From Octopus vulgaris (Eukaryota), in the NCBI GenBank assembly GCA_951406725.2, contig OX597828.1:46314001-46378000 (forward strand): a stretch of 64,000 bases of DNA. Direction: 5' to 3'. Positions 41,638-55,488 of this stretch are shown here, in pieces; position 1 is the first letter of the stretch; each line of letters opens with the position of its first letter. The notes beneath the pieces were generated by a model, which worked only from the letters and a program-made list of their open reading frames with translations, was not told the DNA's origin and did not search any database. The position numbers and the translations under genes were made by a program.

Positions 41638-42715
41638 AAAGGAAATGATTATCTTCCTTTTATCAACTGTCCGTTAGAGGACTACTCATGTTCTCATAGA
41701 GTTATAAATGACCAACTTTGAGGGGCTCCACATTTCGGGACGGGACTAGTATATACATTTGTGCGCTAAGCTGTAATTTCCATTTCGCAGTTTATAGGTC
41801 AATGACAGTTCGTTTCTTGTCTTCCTACGAATGTTACAGTAACCAGAGCTTTTATAAATTATGGTCGTTTGCTCAATATTTAATTCTTACTATCGATCAT
41901 CGAGGTAAACATGAGGAACATTAGGCCTAATGTCTACAGCCATTTTAATAGATATTTGATTTAATATCCACTGATGTAGTTTGTGTTATTGTTGGATAAC
42001 TTCACACGCAGACGAATACAGAAATATACATACATAAATACGCGCGCACACCTACACACCCTATGATTGTATGTATCTGTATACAATTAAATATTATATG
42101 ATTTATGAATTTATTTATCTACACGCATTAAATAAATCACCAGTTTATTACTCTATGAATGCTACCAGTTACTGGTTTTATTACGTTTCCTTTATTAGGC
42201 AAAGCTTCAATTGATAAAATCCAGACGCCTACACGGGTGCATCGATCCAAGAAAATATCGTTTATCTTACAGACGTGAGACGAAGGCTGTGCAGGATGCA
42301 GAAACTGCGATGGAATACAATATACATATATACGTGTGTGTATGTGTGTGTCTGTGTATGTGTGTGTGTGTGTGTGTGTGTGTTCGTGCATGCATATCTA
42401 CACCCACTCAGACATATGTTATTGATAAACTGAAAGCAGAATTTGTTATTCCGAGTTTCTCATTTTTGATCTGTTCCGGGCACGGTGATTAATAACATAC
42501 ACCAGGACACATTACATAATTTGAATACTCCTTGATTCCCTGTTCACACAAAACTCTCCAGAGACGTATACAAAACACAGGTACAAATACTCGTATACAC
42601 TCACTCCGAATTACGAGTTTTAGGCGAATTACATGATTCTTTACATAAAAATGATAAAGTGAAAGTTGACTTCTAGGTTACAGCTGAGAGAGCGAACGGC
42701 GAATACTATTTCAAA

Positions 42716-43003
42716 GTGAGTGAATTTGGTAGACGGAAACTGAAAGAAGCCCGTCGTATATATATATATATATATATATATAGGTATGTGTGTATATGTT
42801 TGTGTTGTGTCTGTGTTTGTCCGCCCAACGTCGCTTGACAACCGGTGCTGGTGTGTTTACGTCCCCGTAATTTAGCGGTTCTGCAAAAGAGACCGATAGA
42901 ATATGTACTAGGCTTACAAAGAAATAGTCCTGGGGTCGATTTGCTCGATTAAAGGCGGTGCTCCAGCATGGCCGCAGTCAAATGACTGAAACAAGTAAAA
43001 GAA
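42716..43003 (+). mobile_element. SINE family A, 5'-truncated
   Basis: GTGAGTGAATTTGGTAGACGGAAACTG through AAGTAAAAGA. Confidence 0.85.
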
Positions 43004-43249
43004 ATACTTCAACACCTTTCATGCTGAAAATCATTTCAGGTATTTATAGACCTCTTGGATAGGGACATGGAAGCCCAGGAGTCAATAATGACCATTTTGA
43101 CCACCCCTACACTAAACTAGCACTTACATTAGAGTTTTTCTTTCCTTTTATATATTTTTTAATATTTCACTACAGATTTTTCAGGTTCAGTGATGGAGTT
43201 TCAAATGCTGAAAGTTTATTTCACTAGAAATTTTTTTAAATATATTACT

Positions 43250-43630
43250 TTCAAACTTTGCACCGGGCCAACAATTTGGAGGAAGTGGGCCAGTTGATTA
43301 CATCGACCCCCTCGCTGATACTTGTTTTACCCATTCCTGAAGGGTTGAAAGGTAGCATACGAACTCAGAACAAAAAGACGGACGAAATGACATTAAGCAT
43401 TTTGTCCGGGTGTTAAAAAAATTCTGCCAGCACAACACCGTACTTTAAATACAAATATTGGTCTTAAATATAGATACAAGGCTAGCAATTTTGTGGGAGG
43501 GAGAATTTCAATTACATAGAAACCCCCCCCCCCCCAGTGCTCGATTGGTACTTATGCTATTGACCCCGAACGGATGAAAAGCAAAGACGAACTCGGCGGA
43601 AAATGAACTTAAAACTTAAAGACAGATGAA
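43250..43630 (-). mobile_element. Degenerate tandem SINE family B copies
   Basis: GATTACATCGACCCC..GAACTCAGAAC and GACCCCGAACGGATGAAAAGCAAAG..CTCGGCGGAA. Confidence 0.6.
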
Positions 43631-44340
43631 ACAAATATATCAAATAGTAAAACAGCTTGAAAAATGTTACTTTTCAGAAAAGGAATTTCTCGTGTGCATT
43701 ATTCCAATAGCTTCTTCATTTATTAAATACCTTTATTTGTATTCTTTAAGTGAGCTATAGGTTCTAATTTAGTTAGATCGAGTTCCTCTGTAGATGTTTC
43801 CTTTTTGGGCTCGGAATTACGTAGATTTAGTAGTGAGAATTAAGGGATGCGAAAGAAAAAAGAGAAGTGTAAAAGCTACACAGATTCGATTCAATGAATT
43901 TCATTTCGGTCTTATCACTCATACTAAAACAAAATGGTTTCCCTAAAATGTCACACAAACTCAGATATACCGAGTGTAAACGTGACAATTTGCGCTTGTC
44001 TAGGGATTTGATGGAAATTGTTAGCAAACAAACATAGAATAAAACAAACTATATTTTCAAACAAAGGCAAAAATATACCAAAATATACGTAGAAGAATCT
44101 GGACATTTTTTGAATCATTCACGAGGCACGTGATTTTCTTTTAGATCTGTTTTCAAAGTGGTTAAAGCAAACTTGTTGCTTTCACTTCTTTTGTTTGTTT
44201 GGTGTCGTTGTTGTTTTTCCTAATTCGGAGAGGAAATTGGTTTATAGACTATGTGGAAGAATAATTGTATTCTATAACAGATGCTAGTTTCGTCCTAAGT
44301 AGAACATCACTAGCGTGACAGAAAATTGTTCCGGTGGAAT

Positions 44341-44481
<141 letters not shown>

Positions 44482-44642
44482 TGTGTGTGTGTGCACATGT
44501 GTGTATGTATGTGTATGTATATATATATATATATGTATATATATGCATATATATGATGAATATAAACGTATACATATTTATGAATATATATATACATATA
44601 CATATCTATATCTATATATATATATATGCACACACACATATA

Positions 44643-44677
<35 letters not shown>

Positions 44678-44773
44678 TGATTTATTTATATGCCTAACTA
44701 TATCAATATACATATATACACATATGTATATATGTATATATATATATGCATATATATATATGTATACATACAT

Positions 44774-44828
<55 letters not shown>

Positions 44829-45197
44829 GGTATGTGTGTTTCGAAAGAAAAAAATAAATAAAAAAAAAAACATCTGGAACAACAAAGAAAGGTCAGTGTA
44901 ACCAGTTGTTTCCCACCCGACCCCGGCGCAGAGTCACGAATAACAAAAACATGAAATAAAGCTGAGATAAATATTAGAAACTATCAGAAAGGCGCCAAAC
45001 TTAGCTTGTTATCACCAGAGTGGTTACAATTCCGAATGTTCGGTTTAATGTATCAAGTTTTATCTGAAGCATCTCGTGGATAGCGACCATTTAGTGAACT
45101 CTACGCATTTATGCGTGTATCTATGTGTTTGGTTGTTTGTATGCCTGTGTGTGTAGACACACACATGTATATATGTGTCTGTCTGTATGCGTATGTG

Positions 45198-45228
<31 letters not shown>

Positions 45229-45286
45229 ACCTGTATCAGTCGTGTACTTACGTGTATATGTCTACATATGTGCACACAATAGTATA

Positions 45287-45331
<45 letters not shown>

Positions 45332-45405
45332 ATATATGTATATGTATACATATATATATACATATTTACATTATCGTATGTATGTGTGTGTGAGTGTGTA
45401 TGCAA

Positions 45406-45453
<48 letters not shown>

Positions 45454-45559
45454 GTACATATATATATATATTCGTACACGTACATCATGATGTGTGAGTC
45501 TGTGTAAGTGACTGTTGATTTGCTGTCTACAGAGAAAAATAGGCATGTGGGTATTATGC

Positions 45560-45910
<351 letters not shown>

Positions 45911-46055
45911 TGCATGCATATGTGCTTCTGTGTGTGACACTCTCCAGTAATTGAGTTGCTGTCTGATTCCTAAATGGCATTTATATCTTAAGACATAGAA
46001 TCACAGAAATCTTTCGAAAGATATCATTTCCAACGTCGGTACCTATGTATATGTT

Positions 46056-46102
<47 letters not shown>

Positions 46103-46120
46103 TTGTATATAAAGAGAGAT

Positions 46121-46152
<32 letters not shown>

Positions 46153-46939
46153 GTGGTTAGATACATACATAATACATATATGCACACATGTTTGTGCGTA
46201 GCTAAGACATTGTGTATGTGCATGAATATTTGTGAATATTATTCTAAAGCGATTTGAAAAATAACGAGCATTTCAATAACAGTGGTCCAGGTAATATATG
46301 TAAGATTTCCTGAAAAGAAAGCGGCCCCTGTGAGTGGGATATTAACTTTCCCGTAGCCTAATTTAGTCAATGGGTATATGCATGCATACATGTATACATG
46401 CATGCATACATACTTACATAGAATTCGAAAACTAGAGATCCAGTTCATCGCTGGAGCTGTAAAAATCTGTAAAACTTATTTAAATATATGAGTATGTCTA
46501 GATATGCAACTATATACTTGAGAATATATATACATAAAGAAAAACATACAAATCTGCACATATACATACATATATGCATATATATATATATATATATATA
46601 CATACATACATGGATACATACATACATACATATATGCAAATATATGCATCTTTATATATACCCATGTAAGCATGCATACATGCATACATACATACATATA
46701 TGCAATTATATGCATCTTTATATATACCCATGTAACCACGCATACATGCATATATACATAATTACTGGAATTTTACTTGCAACTGTATGAAACTACTTCT
46801 TACACTGGGTTCATTTTAATAAAATCTTTGCGTCTGGTACCCCTGTCTTTCATGTCGTGTCATATGTCTCTGAATATCTGCAAGTAGCTCACGAGTCATT
46901 CCGCTTTGATAACCGAGTAAATTTCCAGAATCCTCCACC

Positions 46940-47400
46940 CTATCTAAATTTTGGGATTTATAATGCCGAATGAATCCCCCTCATTGACCAACACACTTTA
47001 TTACAAAAGGTGAAAGAAAGATCAGCAGGGTATCATATAGCTAGACAAATATGTTGCCTTTGAGAATCAGGCGTGACCACTCTGGTTACAGAAATGAGAC
47101 TCTTTCGTGCTCTTCTCAGAAACTGGAGTTTCATTTTTCTTATATCTACGCGTTTTTATTCAGTTTACCCAAGTCTGTTGTCCTCGAAACTTTCAACACC
47201 GGCAACAATGAAGTTCCTCTACTATTTGATACAAGATTTTTTCAAGCATCAGTATCGATATTAATCTTTGTGTGCTTTTCAGGTTGTATTTGAAACTTGT
47301 GGGTGGCTTGCACTGGGGACGTTTTTCCTGTCCCTGCTCCCCACACTGCACTTATTTTAACACGCGGGTATCCACCAAGTGGACAAGATGACCAGATCAT
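46940..47400 (-). pseudogene. Decayed RTE-clade LINE ORF C-terminus
   Basis: SGHLVHLVDTRVLK*VQCGEQGQEKRPQCKPPTSFKYNLK..IVAGVESFEDNR..KR..RK..FCNKVCWS, matching the RTE WxGHxxRM..PKxxxYGEL..G+R..+FKDxLK pattern and terminal zinc finger. Confidence 0.65.
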
Positions 47401-47714
47401 CTACACACGTACGTGCATACATAAATATACATGTTAGTGATGACGATGGAGGTATCATTAATGCATAGATTTAAGACTGGTTTCGATTGTTTTAGAACAA
47501 ATCTGCTTCCAACTCCATTGCTTAAAAATGATTATGGACGAGAAAATACGGTAGATTTGTATGAATTCAAATTCCGTTGAATAGCGCCGATTGGTTTCTC
47601 ATCAGAACACTTACCAAAATTTGCTCTCATATTTGATATACGAAAAAGACGTTTTCTGTAACCTATTTAAGGAGGCACAATGAAAATATAGGTATGATAA
47701 AAATAGGAACACAA

Positions 47715-47730
47715 TGAAGAAGAAGAAAAG

Positions 47731-47761
<31 letters not shown>

Positions 47762-48360
47762 GAGGAAGAAAAAGAAGAAGAGGTAAAAGAAGAAGTAAAA
47801 GAAGAAGGAGGAGGAGGAGGAGGAGGAGAAGGAGGAGGAGGAGGAGGAGGAGGAGAAGGAGGAGGAGGAGGAGGAGGTGGAGAAGAAGAAGAAGAAGAAG
47901 AAGAAGAAGAAGAAGAAGAAGAAGGAGAAGAAGGAGGAGGAGGAGGAGGAGGAGGAGAAGAAGAAAAATAATAAGGAGGAGGAAGAGGAGGAGAAGAAGA
48001 AGAAGAAGAAGTAAAAGAAGAAAGAGGAGGAGAAGGAGGAGAAGAAGAAGAAGGAGGAGGAGGAGAAGAAGAAGTAGAAGAAGGAGAAGAAGAAGACGAC
48101 GACGAAGACGAAGAAGAAGAAGAAGAAGAAGAAGAAGAAGAAGAAGAAGAAGAAGACGACGACGACGAAGAAGGAGAAGAAGAAGACGACAACGACGACG
48201 AAGAAGAAGAAGAAGAAGAAGAAGAAGAAGAAGACGACAACGACGACGAAGAAGAAGAAGAAGAAGAAGACGACAACGACGACGACGACGAAGAAGAAGA
48301 AGAAGAAGAAGAAGAAGAAGAAGAAGAAGAAGAAGAAGAAGAAGAAGAAGAAGAAGAAAA
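47715..48360. repeat. ~650 bp purine-rich (GAA)n/(GGA)n/(GAC)n tract
   Basis: Directly visible. Confidence 0.95.
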
Positions 48361-48827
48361 CAACAACAGCAACACGGACAATAATTGTAAATAGGAAACC
48401 ATAGTTTTATTCCCAAACTTTAATATTTAAGCTTTAGCAATTATTCTATAAACATTCCATTTTAATTTCCGCTCTAATAGGAGTCACATTTTCCAATGGT
48501 TTAAAATTATTTTCGATCCTTTCAAAATTCATTCCTTAAAATTTTCTTTGAATTTTTAACATTCTAGTTTTCGGGCTTTCATCCGATAAATATTTAATGT
48601 TTTAATTTTTAATATTTAATATTCAATATTTTTTTTTTAGGTTTTCTAATTTTTATTCCTTCTTAAGTTTTCATTCCCATTTTTAGAATCTCTAAATTTA
48701 ATTGGTAATTTTAATTCGACTTCTAATTTGAGTCTTAATTAGCATTAGCAGTATGATTTTGTTATTTCCTGGGTACCGGGGTTACCAATTTAATCTTGTC
48801 TGCTTTATTACATACATAACTATATTC

Positions 48828-49184
48828 CTCTCTCTCTTTACTCTTTTACTCTTTTACTTGTTTCAGTCATTTGACTGCGGCCATGCTGGATCACCGCCTT
48901 TAGTCGAGTAAATCGACCCCGGGACTTATTCTTTGTAAGCCCAGTACTTATTCTATCGGTCTCTTTTGCCGAACCACTAAGTGACGGGGACGTAAACACA
49001 CCAGCATCGGTTGTCAAGCAATGCTAGGGGGACAAACACAGATACACAAACATATACACACACACTTATATATATATATACATATATACGACAGGCTTCT
49101 TTCAGTTTCCGTCTACCAAATCCACTCACAAGGCATTGGTCGGACCGGGGCTATAGCAGAAGACACTTTCCCAAGATGCCACGC
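48828..49184 (-). mobile_element. SINE family A, 5'-truncated
   Basis: Same sequence as the other copies. Confidence 0.88.
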
Positions 49185-49185
49185 A

Positions 49186-49603
49186 TCTTATATTCCTTTC
49201 ATACTCACCCGCATTTTCTCAATTCAATTATAATTATATTTATTACGAGCAAAACGCCCCTCTTCAATGGACGGTGCTGAGTTGTCAAACCTTTAAACCA
49301 AATTTTCTCAAAAAAAACTTGCCCGACCGTCCCATAGGCCTCCCCTTCGAGAAACACTGATTTGAGACACCAGCAAAAGAAGAAATAAAGATAGACTTTT
49401 TTTCTATTCCAAATAAAAATGATTTTATTCACATTATCGATCGCATTCTCACTTGGAATCGATTTTTGTAATTTTTTCAAGACTTATACACGCCCTGATA
49501 CCGTCGGTATCTACATATCAGATTTAAACGCAATCGGATGGAGGATGCCCCAGATCTTAGAAGACACACAGACAGACAGACAGAACAGATTTTATATAAT
49601 AGA
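49186..49603 (-). mobile_element. Probable non-autonomous Helitron, 5' portion
   Basis: Minus strand starts A|TCTATTATATAAAA..(TCTG)n, a Helitron-type 5' end; 3' hairpin/CTAG not located. Confidence 0.5.
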
Positions 49604-50005
49604 TAGTCGTTACGTTTCCCGAAATCTATATTTTTTATACACATTTATAGGTACAGGTGCGGTTGCATGGTAAGAGGTTTGCTTCCCAAACACATAGATC
49701 CGGCTTCAGTTCCACTGCATGGCACCTCGTATGGATAAGAAAGATGGACGATGGTCACTTGTGAGCAACGAGAGAGGGTAAAGGAGAAATGGGGAGAGGG
49801 AGAGAGAGACAGAGAGAAAACGGTGAAGGGGAGAAAAAGGGAATTAGAGAAAGAATGAGAGGAAAACGAAAGGGGGAGATAGAACAGTAAAGGGTAGATT
49901 TGCATCAAAAATATATATTAAAATCAACTTATTTGGTAAGTGGCGTCCAATCAAATAATAATATATTATATATATATATGTACATACACACACACACACA
50001 CACAC

Positions 50006-50055
<50 letters not shown>

Positions 50056-50096
50056 TATGTACAAACACACACTGGTACACGTACACACACTACTCA

Positions 50097-50135
<39 letters not shown>

Positions 50136-50216
50136 TCTCTCATCATCTCTCATCTTTTAGATGGTACACTGGTACACGTACACACACTACTCATATATGT
50201 ATATATATATATATAT

Positions 50217-50501
50217 AATCATCTCTCATCTTTTAGATTACGTCATAAGGCTGATAGCACTACTCTTTCTAGTAAAATTTGGGAACTAAAAAACAATAAT
50301 ATCAAATATAACCTAAATTGGGAATTAGTCAGAAGAGCAAAACCCTATAAAAATAGCAGAATAGGCTGCCAACTTTGCTCCATGGAAGCATTTGAAATAC
50401 TAATGTATAAAAATAATGGAGAAATTCAATTAAACAGCAGAACTGAACTTGGAAAATCTTGTATACATGCTCGGTTTAAGACTCTTAAATATTTTAAATG
50501 A
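50217..50501 (+). pseudogene. C-terminal half of a PLE GIY-YIG endonuclease (resembles Hydra-clade type)
   Basis: NHLSSFRLRHKADSTTLSSKIWELK..W..PY..CQLCSMEAFEI..LNSRTEL..CIH; open to a natural stop. Clade assignment from memory. Confidence 0.8.
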
Positions 50502-51780
50502 TATTTTAAATCATATCTCAATTGATAACTGTATACTGGAATCATTTTACATAAAATTCAATTTTGACTTACATATCACTCCTACATAGTATATATTTAA
50601 CTAGAAAGATAAGTTCTAACTAGATATGATTATAATTTTTTCTCTCTCTGATAGTACTATTTGATACTTATTGACTTAAATTATTTATTTGATTTGTTTC
50701 TATTGGACCATATTATTAATAAATTAATTTTATCTCCATTTCTTAGTCTATTTTTTATCCCATTACAAATTTTAGTTAGTTAATTCTCTTAATTTTTTTT
50801 AAACTTTTAAAATTAATTTCTGCTAATACCAGACCTATTATAGTGTATTGTGATGTGATATAATTTATCAAAATAATATAATATAATATAGTGTAGTGTT
50901 TTATAGTTTAGTATAATAATAATATAATTGTTTAATTTAAGATTTTCATTTAATAACATTATGTATGTTTTATAGTTTAGTATAATATTAATATAATAGT
51001 TTAATTTCATTTAAAAACAACCCCATTTTTCTTTCCTTTCTAATGACCTATCTGTAACCTGACAATCTATTAATAGTAACATTTATGAATAAAGAAATAA
51101 ATTGTTGACTTCAGTTCGAAACTGTTCCAAACAAACTTAGACTTTTTTGTTAGTATCAAATTGTGCCCATCCCCTTAGCTTCCCCTTTCCTTTCTCTTTG
51201 ACATCTTAAATAGCAGTAACTGATTAAATTCCTACCCCCTTCCTCCTATTTCTGTGATTCTTGAATATTTCATTAACTACCTGAACCACTACAATATAAG
51301 GCTGTCATTTTTGCTTCTCATTCGGACTCCCTAATATTTTCGCATGATTGTACCTTAAATCCCTCCACAAAACCGGATTACGAACTATAAGGACATACAC
51401 AAATTTTGTAAGTTCAAGACTTTTTCATCAGATCTCAAAAAAATCGAACTTATCTGCGATTCTTGTTAATTTCAATAACAATCTGTTCTTCTACACGACA
51501 TGACAGTCACTATGTTTTTACTCAGACTTTCCTCTACATGATGTGGCAGTCACTTTGCCTCTTACTCGGATTTTCAGAAATTTTGCATGTCTGTATCCGA
51601 AAATTTCTTCATACAACTTGATCAAATATCCAATATGAACTATATGTAGACATGCATAAATTCTATAGGTTTAAAACCTTTCATCAGATCTCCATGAATC
51701 GAACTTTCTTCAATGCAGTTAATCCTACAACCTCTTTTATATCTACCCCTTTTGATGCTTGGGAATTCTCTGATATTTTT

Positions 51781-51864
51781 TCGGCTGACGAGTACGAGCC
51801 ATCTGTATTCACTGCATTTTTTGTAGCTTATTAAAGATGTCCTCGTACGAAACGATCGTACCGA
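51781..51864 (+). ncRNA. Minimal type-I hammerhead ribozyme
   Basis: UCGG-CUGACGA-[GUACGAG..CUCGUAC]-GAAA-CGAUCG-UA-CCGA: perfect stems I and II, intact core, predicted cleavage after A51860. Confidence 0.9.
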
Positions 51865-52036
51865 GATTTTAATCCATTCTTGTTGCTTTTTTCCTATTTA
51901 TAATCACCCCATTGTCGTATGGCTAACACCATATTGATATCCGGTGCATCCTAGTTAAGGACCATATTCATGTGAATTCTTTAGAATTCACTAGAATCTC
52001 AATTACTTAACCGTATACATATATATATATATATTA

Positions 52037-52160
52037 TATAAATTAGAGATAAAACCACTATTAGGCAAATCAAACAATGAAAAACTTAAGCCAATACATA
52101 AAATTAATTAAGTTATATTATTTTAAATATATATCAAATGTATTAAAAGTTTAATAAAAG
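52037..52160 (-). mobile_element. Fragment of the 35.7 kb PLE pseudo-LTR family
   Basis: AATTAGAGATAAAACCACTATTAGGCAAATCAAACAATGAAAAACTTAAGCCAATAC is nearly identical to ~35709-35765. Confidence 0.8.
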
Positions 52161-52282
52161 ATAATGAGTAATTATATATATATATATATATACATGTGTA
52201 TATATTACGTGTGTGTGTGTGTTTCTGTGTTTATGTGTGTGTGTGTGTGTGTGCGTGTGCATGTGTGTGTGTGTGTTTGTGA

Positions 52283-52337
<55 letters not shown>

Positions 52338-52792
52338 GAACGCAGAAGAGAAATACATCACTATAATGATAGATTGCCTCGTGTTAGCTTACTGAAACAC
52401 TCTATACTAAATGTAACATCGAAAACTTGACCGCAACTTGCATTTCTTTTTATAGACAATGTGTGTAATGATATATAGATTAATAGTTTGTTATATTTAT
52501 CGCTGGACAGGCTGAAAGTAGTATCATAGATAGGCTTTAATAAGCATACCTATATTTCTTTGTCATAGTTCATAAGCTAAAAGTAAGTTAAGATAAGTGT
52601 TATCACATAACTTGTCTATGATTAACGTTGGGTCACTGGTAATTATGACTTCATTATTAATTAATTCCTTTCACAAGCACATTATGATAAACACACCATT
52701 ATGAAAAATCTGTTTATTTTAAATAATGTATACAACGATAACAACATATCTGTTTATCGATATTGATTATATTTGTTTCACGTCACTACTAA

Positions 52793-53112
52793 GTGAAGGT
52801 TCGTAGCTTATTGTTTAGGGGTATTCGGCTCATGATCATAAAGTCGTGAGTTCGATACCTAAGGGTGCTTTATATCTCTGAGAAGGATATTTTATTTCGT
52901 GTTGCTCCAATCAACTCAGCTGACAAAAATGAGAAGTACCTGTAACGCAAAGGGGTCAGTCTCATCGCTTTTTGTCCTATGCACTGAGACCTTAAGAACA
53001 CGCCTGTCTGTGGAGCATTCAGCTACTTAATTATCCACGTTAATTTCACGAGCTGGCAGTTCCGCTGATCGTATCGACTGGGACACGCGTCGTTGTAACC
53101 GACGGAGTGCCA
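52793..53112 (+). mobile_element. Degenerate SINE head D plus tail type 1
   Basis: GAGTTCGATAC..GTTGCTCCAATCAACTCAGCTG..TAACCGACGGAGTGCCA. Confidence 0.7.
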
Positions 53113-53258
53113 ATTTCGTCACCATTACTTAGCTTCTTTGCTATTTTGAAACAGTAAGATATAACAGGTTTAATATCAAGCAAGCAATCTGCTAGAGATA
53201 ATTGAAATTACAATCTCTCGCCTCTATTAGCAGTAATGGACACCAAAACGCACGATAA

Positions 53259-53382
<124 letters not shown>

Positions 53383-53696
53383 CGGTGGTAAGGATCAGGT
53401 TTTTTAAGAGCTACATGCTATTTTACTCCTCCGTTGCAACTTGTGATTTTTACTAAACCTTAGTAAATAAATATATTGATGTTACTGTTTCTTTTATCCA
53501 ATGTTCTATGTTAATATATGAAGGAGGGATAAATCTATCACACTGTATAGCATCCTGAGCTTCTCGAAGATGTTTCCGATGGAAGAAAATTAATCGCTAC
53601 GGAAACTAAAAGAAAGTTTTGTCCGTCATACATTAGAACTACTGGTTACAAATTGGATATTCATAGACTCTGTCGTATGGATTTTCTCGCTTAGAT

Positions 53697-54048
53697 CAGG
53701 CCTTCCCAACAATTTTTCATCTATGGATCCCTTTGGGTATTATTTTATTATTCTGGTGCATCTCCATAGGCATTTGATGTTTAGAAAATAGTTTTAGAGA
53801 AACCTCTTTCAATATTTGTTTGTTTTTTTCACACATTAACTTGTGCAGGTTGAACTATATAAAATGCTAGTGATAGAAACCTAGCTTTTTTTCGCAATAC
53901 GTACCAATACATAGATCTGAAGCAGAATATTTTCAGAGGCTCTTAAGATATTATTGCAGATCCCCCAATTTACTATTTTGTTACATGGATCCCCAACAAT
54001 CTTATATGGCCCCTGAGGGTCCATATAGACCCTTGATGAAAACCGCTG
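53697..54048. mobile_element. hAT/Charlie-like MITE, degenerate
   Basis: Ends CAGGCCTTCCCAAC and GATGAAAACCGCTG resemble CAGNGGTTCCCAAC TIRs; subterminal TGGATCCC/GGGTCCA motifs; TSD not clean. Confidence 0.45.
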
Positions 54049-55172
54049 AGTTATATAAATTCGTTTATTCAGTGATAATTGCATGGATCTCAGAAGCACA
54101 TATTTGGTATATAGATGGCACTAAACCGAGTGACATCGCTTTTACTATTCCTTGCACTCTTGTCAAAAACGTTACAGATTCTCACAATTTACGGCTTTCT
54201 GACAATATTGGTTATTTCGGGGTTTCAAATATCACCCATTTTATTGCAAAAAAAAAATAACTACAGTTAACCGTGAAGACATGTGCAGATGGTGCTTTTG
54301 TTGTGAACATTCCATAGGTTTGTACGTCATTGTCCAAAGCGTTTTACATTTTAATCCTTTTTTACTGCGGAAATACGACATAGTCACTCATAATTCCATT
54401 ACTTTCACCCAGGGAAAGCAGTTTTATATACCAATCTGCTGGGTTTTGGGGTTGTTTTTTGGGGGGTTGGAAAATGTCAAGTTTTTTGAATGGACATGAC
54501 TTGCAGAAAATACAATTTCATATATTTTTTAAATTCCCTTTCTGATAGATATTTAACATCATTTCTAGGAACGCCATGAATTTTAATTTCGCAGTTAAAG
54601 ATTTAAAATAATACTAAGCGATATGAAAGATTTGATTGCTATTTGGAGCAGACCTACATATACAATTAAAATTCTCGTTAACTCCTGGCATAATAAATAG
54701 ATAAGAGGTGTCATAGTTACTGATGGTTTCATAGTTCTCGTTGCCGCTATCATTGGCAAATATAAATAACCAATAGAATACATGATTCCATAAAAAAAAA
54801 AACTAGGTTTCCTGATCTAGATGTTAGTGCTAATTTTAATCGGTAGATTCTCTATTGTGTTTTTATTATATTTTTTTGTTTATAGGTTATCACCGTTTAT
54901 TAACAATAAATAATGTGTCACCGAAAACATGGTTTTAGAATTGATTTGATTTCCACGCAGTTCGGTAAGAAGTGTAAACAAACATTTCTGCCTAAATTTG
55001 GTAATCCCAAAGTTCTCATTCTTTCTGGCCTTCACATTTTATATATATGCGTGCGTACGTGCGCACGTTCGCCGCGTATGTGTGTGTAAATCTATATGCG
55101 AATGTGTGTGTGAGTTGTCTCTTTCTATGTCTACATGTGTCAATATGTATGCATGTCTGTGTGTATTTGCAA

Positions 55173-55207
<35 letters not shown>

Positions 55208-55488
55208 CATATATAGAAGCATTCTGTCCTCCAGTTTTTCTAAGCCCTGTAAAAGAACTCGGAAGTTTGGGCCTCCGATCAGGCTTTTCGCAAACCCTTA
55301 AAGACAGGAACTTTTCAGCACACCTTCCCCCTACATCTGTATGTATATGTGTGTATGTGTGTCTGCGTCTGTGTGTGCTTATGTGTGTGTGTGTGTGTAT
55401 GTTTGTAGATAGTAAAATAGATAGGTAGATATAGATATAGGTGTATAGAAACAGCATAATTGAATGGTAGAGTATATATATATATATA

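Larger units (their letters stand above)
50217..52015 (+). mobile_element. 5'-truncated Penelope-like element (endonuclease C-terminus, long 3' region, hammerhead) in (TA)n
   Basis: Endonuclease fragment, then AT-rich 3' region, hammerhead at 51781-51864, end at a TA tract. Confidence 0.8.

Noticed and set aside
51400-51710. Two CTGATGAAA words on the minus strand within a diverged internal duplication
   Set aside because: No correctly placed GAAA, stem III or stem I
54267-54598. Possible TTAA-flanked DNA element
   Set aside because: Only 5 of 7 terminal bases match; not enough support
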